Below are positions 59,629 through 64,000 of a DNA stretch of 64,000 bases, piece by piece. Source of the DNA: Verrucomicrobiia bacterium. GTDB taxonomy: Bacteria; Verrucomicrobiota; Verrucomicrobiia; Limisphaerales; UBA8199. Where the stretch lies: the NCBI GenBank assembly GCA_035294005.1, contig DATGLT010000406.1:332-64331 (forward strand), read 5' to 3'. How positions within the stretch are numbered: position 1 is the first letter of the stretch; every line of letters starts with the position of its first letter. The position numbers and the translations under genes were made by a program. A model generated the notes under the pieces. That model searched no databases and was not told the origin of the DNA. It was given only the letters and a program-made list of their open reading frames with translations.

Positions 59629-60642
59629 TCAAAAAGGCCATTCCTCCTCGTCGCTCTGGCCCGATTGTCCGACTAAAACCGAAAGCGGCTGGTCCTCGCG
59701 CTGATGAAACGTCAACAGCGCTTCCATTCCCATGTGGTCCGAAAGTCTCTGGCTTGGGCGAGCCGCTTCGAAAACCCGCCTCGGCCGAGCCCCAATTTCC
59801 TCGCCGGATTGTCTGACCCTGACAAAGATGTGATCCAACGTTTCTCCGAGGTGGGAGTTCAAACCATCCCAGGTCGGGAACGGATCATCGTTGGCGAGTT
59901 GGTGCACATCAGGGCCAATCGCGCGGGCAAAGCGCTTAAATTCGTCACTTCCGGGGGTGAAATTGAAATCGCCGCCCACAATATCGGCGATTTGGCCGTC
60001 ACCGGCATGTTCAACCCAGGCGATCAATTCGGCCAATTGGCTTGAACGCACTGCCGGCGAACTTCCGTCCTGCATATGCACGTTCCAGATGTTGATCAAG
60101 CGACCCTCTCCGACAGAGATCGTCACTTTCAAGGCTCCTTTGTGCATCAACGCGTCCGGCAATTGGGCCCGGCTGAAATATTTCACCTCGGCGCTTTGGA
60201 TGGGGAACTTGGACAGGGTTAGCAGTCCGTTTTGGCCGAGCATCGTGCCCTTATGCCGTGCTGCGGCAGCCCACCAACAACGGTTTGTTGTGCCCCCAGC
60301 AGCGGACAGCTCTGAGAAGCAACGGCGCGTCCAAACTTCTTGCAGCAGTACGACGTCTGAACCGAGCACGGAGAGCTGACGAGAAATTTCACCAAAGCGG
60401 GCCGAAGGAGCGCCGTTGAGCCACGAGGGCAGGCCCCAAACATTGAAGGTGGTTACCCGGAGGCTGGTTGAGTCGTCGAACGGTTGTCCTACGGATTGTT
60501 GCGCCGCAGGGTGTTGGATTTGGACACGGCTGGGTGCACCCGTGATACAACCTGTCAAAAGGCAACCAGCAATGGCCGAGAACAGCAAGCCGGGGGCAAA
60601 AGCCCTGGCGCCTGAAGCGAAGCTCGAAACAATCGCCTTCAT
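59629..60642 (-). CDS. Endonuclease/exonuclease/phosphatase (EEP) family lipoprotein, sphingomyelinase-like
   Basis: Lipobox LLTGC. TFNVWG, VVLLQEVW, GDFNF and SDHMG motifs of the EEP fold. Confidence 0.8.
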   Translation of the reverse strand: MKAIVSSFASGARAFAPGLLFSAIAGCLLTGCITGAPSRVQIQHPAAQQSVGQPFDDSTSLRVTTFNVWGLPSWLNGAPSARFGEISRQLSVLGSDVVLLQEVWTRRCFSELSAAGGTTNRCWWAAAARHKGTMLGQNGLLTLSKFPIQSAEVKYFSRAQLPDALMHKGALKVTISVGEGRLINIWNVHMQDGSSPAVRSSQLAELIAWVEHAGDGQIADIVGGDFNFTPGSDEFKRFARAIGPDVHQLANDDPFPTWDGLNSHLGETLDHIFVRVRQSGEEIGARPRRVFEAARPSQRLSDHMGMEALLTFHQREDQPLSVLVGQSGQSDEEEWPF

Positions 60643-60848
60643 ACGGGCAAGAAGGTGGCATGGGAATATGGAGATAGTGTGGAAATCATGTGAACAACGT
60701 GTGAATAACTCCGGTGCTCACCATTTCCCGGGGTTTCAACCGTGATTGCCGAGGTGCGCGGGCTGAGGAGTCGCAAAAACGTCAGCGAAATCCGCCACGT
60801 TACTTCGGCGGCAAGCTCGGGCGGCGCAACACGCTTTTCAACCGCAAC

Positions 60849-62492
60849 TTAAAATCGGAAGGTCAGGTCCAACTGGAAGAGGCTGTAGTGGTCAATGGGA
60901 TTGATTTGCGGAATATCCTGGTTGGAGCCCCCGGTGCCCAGCTTGTCATTAATGCGGTTGGCGTAGCCGTAGCGGGCGGTGGCAATCATGTTATCGCTCA
61001 GCCCATAAGCAATGGCTGCATAAATGCCCTCCAGATTGGCGCGTCCTTCGAAGAAATCCGAGTCGATGAGGTTGGGGTCGACTGCGTACTGCTCGACGTG
61101 TTGCCAATAGGTTCTGAACTCCCACGCGTGGCGACGCGATGTGCTGCCGTAAACAAGTCCCAGGCTGTCCTTGTTACCAATGGCGAAGCCGATTTGATAA
61201 GCTTTGTCCTGGTTGAATTGAGGCCCGAAGCCCACGAGAGGCGGTCCCTGGGTTGAGGCGCCCTTCAATAGGACGGCTTCGTCATATGCCGCCTGGGCGC
61301 GGCGGTTGCCTTCGATGTTGATGGCGAAATCGCCGAAAACCCGCGCGCTGAGCTTTTTGATTTTGAAATTAACCTCAAAGGGAAAATCCAACACGCTGAG
61401 ATTATTGAGACCGGTTTGATTGAAGGCGAACCCGTTGAAGTTGCCATAAGCGCCGCCGCCGGGAAAACCGCTATAGCCATTGACGGTCGCGCTGCCCTTG
61501 CCTAGGTAGCTTCCTTCGCCGACAAACGGGTCGCCGAAGCCCGCAGACGTGTTCGTTAGGCCAAGCGAAACATAGTGATAAAAGGTTGCGGCGATTTTGG
61601 CTGAGACGTTGGTGGTGAAGTGGTAGTTGAATCCACCTTGCCAGGCCAGCATGAAAGGCTGGTCTGAGCGCTGGCCTTGCGACAAGGTCGGCAGCAGCCC
61701 TGAAGACACATAAGTCGGATTGAGATCCTGGTAGAGGAATTGGCCGAAAGTGCCAAACACGTCGAGTTGTCCAACGCTGTATTTCAGGGTTTCGGCTGCT
61801 CCCTCAGGATTGAGGTCCGGATCCCAAACCATCGCGGTCGTGTAGAGTGGATTAGGCATTTTACCGACTCTCAGGTCGAGCCAACTCCAGGGATGCCACC
61901 CCAGGTAGATCTGCCCCACATCGATTCCGGAGGTCGACTTTCCGAACGGGCCATTGTAAGGCACGCCGCTTGAGGAAGTGCCAAAAGTCACCCAGGGAGA
62001 GCGCGGATTGGAAGCGGTGTCAAGCCGTAGCCCATAGTAGAAATCGTCCAGGATTTCACCGCGAAGACCGAGGCGGACGGCGTAACGGCCACGATCCAGC
62101 TCCAGGCGATCATTGATGGGAGTCGTTGCCTCGCGATGTTCGTACCGCACCCGGAGGTCTCCAAAGAGTTCGACATTTTTGATCGCCTTGCTGATTTTCC
62201 ATTTGGAGTCCAAGGCCGGCATGATCATCTGGTTGGTTCGAATCCGTTCAGCGTCCGCCCTGGCCTTCTGAACCTCGGCTTCGGTAACGATGCCCTTCTG
62301 TAGCAATAAATCCAGAATCGGATCGGAAGGTTCCTCGGCGATTACATTGAGCCGGCTTAGCAGAATCAGCGTGACACAGGCCGAGGCCGGGAATGTCAAA
62401 CTCCGTCGGCTGGCTCGAGTTGCGGCTTTTGCCCTGCGCCTCGCAAAGCGAAGTAAACCACGGCCAAAAGCCTGTCGCGCTAATTTCAACAT
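60849..62492 (-). CDS. Putative outer-membrane porin (first gene of the strand run)
   Basis: Signal peptide, an N-terminal LLLQKGIVTEAEVQKA helix as in a family of putative porins, beta-strand periodicity throughout, and a C-terminal LDLTFRF. Confidence 0.6.
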   Translation of the reverse strand: MLKLARQAFGRGLLRFARRRAKAATRASRRSLTFPASACVTLILLSRLNVIAEEPSDPILDLLLQKGIVTEAEVQKARADAERIRTNQMIMPALDSKWKISKAIKNVELFGDLRVRYEHREATTPINDRLELDRGRYAVRLGLRGEILDDFYYGLRLDTASNPRSPWVTFGTSSSGVPYNGPFGKSTSGIDVGQIYLGWHPWSWLDLRVGKMPNPLYTTAMVWDPDLNPEGAAETLKYSVGQLDVFGTFGQFLYQDLNPTYVSSGLLPTLSQGQRSDQPFMLAWQGGFNYHFTTNVSAKIAATFYHYVSLGLTNTSAGFGDPFVGEGSYLGKGSATVNGYSGFPGGGAYGNFNGFAFNQTGLNNLSVLDFPFEVNFKIKKLSARVFGDFAINIEGNRRAQAAYDEAVLLKGASTQGPPLVGFGPQFNQDKAYQIGFAIGNKDSLGLVYGSTSRRHAWEFRTYWQHVEQYAVDPNLIDSDFFEGRANLEGIYAAIAYGLSDNMIATARYGYANRINDKLGTGGSNQDIPQINPIDHYSLFQLDLTFRF

Positions 62493-62690
62493 GGCGCGAG
62501 ACGCTAAAGGGCCGCAGTTACGGAATTACGGCTGAGTTGTTACGTTTCGGTGACGAGGACTTCTGTCTAGCTCTCTGTGGAACGCGCGAGCGTTGTGCTT
62601 GCCTTGCTTCTGGCAGGCAGCCATTGACTCGACTGATGTATTGCTGCGCCCTTTTGTGTGTGTTCCTCGGATCGACGTTGGTCAACCCAC

Positions 62691-62708
62691 GTTACCTTCC
62701 TGAAACAG
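62691..62708 (+). promoter_or_regulatory. Conserved 18-nt motif GTTACCTTCCTGAAACAG, copy B, 236 nt upstream of the ATG
   Basis: Identical to 30049-30066, at the same distance from the start codon. Confidence 0.45.
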
Positions 62709-62926
62709 GACCCACTTAAAAACTCGGTTAACTCCTTTGATTCGAAATAAATCAATCGGACACAGCAATTTACTCATTTTCAATTGGAGTCCTAAAACTG
62801 TCTATCGGTGTCTTCAGACAATACGCCAGGTAACGGCAACTCGAATATCGTGATGGGGCCAAAACCCTCAAAGTTTGGGGGTTCGGCAAAGACAACACAA
62901 ACCCGAGCATATCCACTAAACCACCT

Positions 62927-63673
62927 ATGCACAGATCACGACTCCCAGCGCTCTATTTCTGCGCCACGCTGGCTTTGATGACCGGCGCCGCTCAAGCTCA
63001 ATATTCGAGCGGCGACTTGATTATTGGCTTCACGTCCGGAAGCGGTAACGACCTCGTATACGACCTGGGTCGGGTTTCGAATTTCACCAGCAGCCAAAGT
63101 TGGAACCTCAACTCGGCTTTGACGAGCTCGCCAGGCAGCTACAGCACGCTGGGTAATCTTAATTTCGGCGCTGTTGGAGCGTTGAGCCTCGGGTTAAGCG
63201 GCGCTTCCAAGAACGTCTGGTCCACCGTTCCGGCCGGCCAGGGCGCGCCCGTCAATATTCCCAACGCTGCTACTTTTAACCAAATTAAGACGTCCATCGA
63301 TACGATCGGGCAGTTCATCACCAGCGGGAGCGCTGGAATCGATGCAGCCAGTGACCCCGCAAGTTGGAATGGCGAAACCATCGTCGGCGGCAGCGGCACG
63401 TACTTCAACAATTATGGTTCGGCAACGGTCAACAACCCTAACTCGACCACCCCAGCGACGTTTAACAGTGGGTCAGTGGTTGAAGATCTATACGCCGTGA
63501 CCGCAAACAACACTGCAGGAACTTTGGTCGGGACACTGTCATTTGATCCTTCGGGCACCGTGACCTTCAACGCGTCTCCGGTTCCGGAGCCGTCCTCAAT
63601 TGCGCTTGTCGGCCTCTTTGGCGTCCTGGCAGTAGCACTTCGCCGGCGTTCGTCCGCCCGCGCCTCATCGTAA
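62927..63673 (+). CDS. PEP-CTERM sorting-domain protein (cassette copy B)
   Basis: Signal peptide. Collinear with 30285-31037 along its full length, with roughly two-thirds of residues identical by eye. C-terminal VPEPSSIALVGLFGVLAVALRRR. Confidence 0.85.
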   Translation: MHRSRLPALYFCATLALMTGAAQAQYSSGDLIIGFTSGSGNDLVYDLGRVSNFTSSQSWNLNSALTSSPGSYSTLGNLNFGAVGALSLGLSGASKNVWSTVPAGQGAPVNIPNAATFNQIKTSIDTIGQFITSGSAGIDAASDPASWNGETIVGGSGTYFNNYGSATVNNPNSTTPATFNSGSVVEDLYAVTANNTAGTLVGTLSFDPSGTVTFNASPVPEPSSIALVGLFGVLAVALRRRSSARASS

Positions 63674-63716
63674 TAATTCCAAAAATTTCAACACGACGAA
63701 AACCAAACCAAACTCA

Positions 63717-64000
63717 ATGAAAGCACAAACCTTACTTCTCACCGGCGCACTGGCGGCGGGTATCTTTGAAACTGCCAACGCTCAGAACCGGGTTTACATC
63801 ACTGGATCGACAGCTTATCGCAATGCGGTCAACAAGACCATATTCGCGCTGTTCGATTCTGCCCCTCAGATTGCCGCCTTCGGCAACGCCACTTATTACA
63901 AAGCCAACACCCTGGACTTCGAAGGCAACATCGGCGGGGTAGCTTACGTGATCAAAGCTTCCTGGTCGGGCTCGGAAGCCGGCATCAAGGACGTGGCGAC
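63717..64000 (+). CDS. PstS/PBP-like secreted protein, cassette copy B (3' end outside the window)
   Basis: ATG 63717 and signal peptide MKAQTLLLTGALAAGIFETANA, then QNRVYITGSTAYRNAV..., almost nucleotide-identical to copy A. Confidence 0.8.
   Translation, partial: MKAQTLLLTGALAAGIFETANAQNRVYITGSTAYRNAVNKTIFALFDSAPQIAAFGNATYYKANTLDFEGNIGGVAYVIKASWSGSEAGIKDVA
63772..64000 (+). repeat. Near-identical repeat, copy B (pairs with 31132-31360; truncated by the window edge)
   Basis: 4 mismatches in 229 nt against copy A. Confidence 0.95.

Overview
High-GC bacterial chromosomal segment, probably Verrucomicrobiota-like. That placement is an inference from a 14-unit GloVer/Gloeo_Verruco repeat protein, a prepilin-type N-terminus plus H-X9-DG protein, PEP-CTERM sorting signals and an exosortase. 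All homology calls are by-eye motif recognition; no searches were run. I recognised no rRNA, tRNA, CRISPR array, transposase, integrase or phage gene. Layout: (1) 0-6 kb holds redox housekeeping genes: a CcsA-like fragment, two SDR-type proteins, a DUF883 protein, and a TAT-exported sulfite-oxidase-family Mo-enzyme translationally coupled to a tri-heme cytochrome c. (2) 6-9.6 kb is a response-regulator cluster with no histidine kinase: CheY-like, TPR, a tandem receiver-like protein, and a divergent REC-Fis-HTH. (3) 10.5-18.3 kb carries, all on the minus strand, an ECF sigma, an RsrA-like zinc anti-sigma, two tiny Cys-containing membrane proteins (one below the ORF-track cutoff), TolC/MFP/RND and a terminator. 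(4) 18.5-30 kb holds assorted small genes, an MFS transporter, the GloVer protein, an SASA-esterase/beta-propeller hydrolase fusion and a prepilin/H-X9-DG protein. (5) 30-64 kb is the accessory part. A 27.6 kb run of 23 co-directional ORFs (34.9-62.5 kb) forms an exosortase-linked Wzx/Wzy exopolysaccharide locus. It is bracketed by two direct copies, 32.64 kb apart, of a cassette encoding a PEP-CTERM protein and a PstS/PBP-like secreted protein. The copies share a conserved 18-nt upstream motif at the same distance from the ATG, and a 229-nt tract with 4 mismatches. The most interesting signals are this bracketing cassette (unknown function, mosaic identity, broken frame in copy A) and the thiol-sensor/Cys-miniprotein/RND module.
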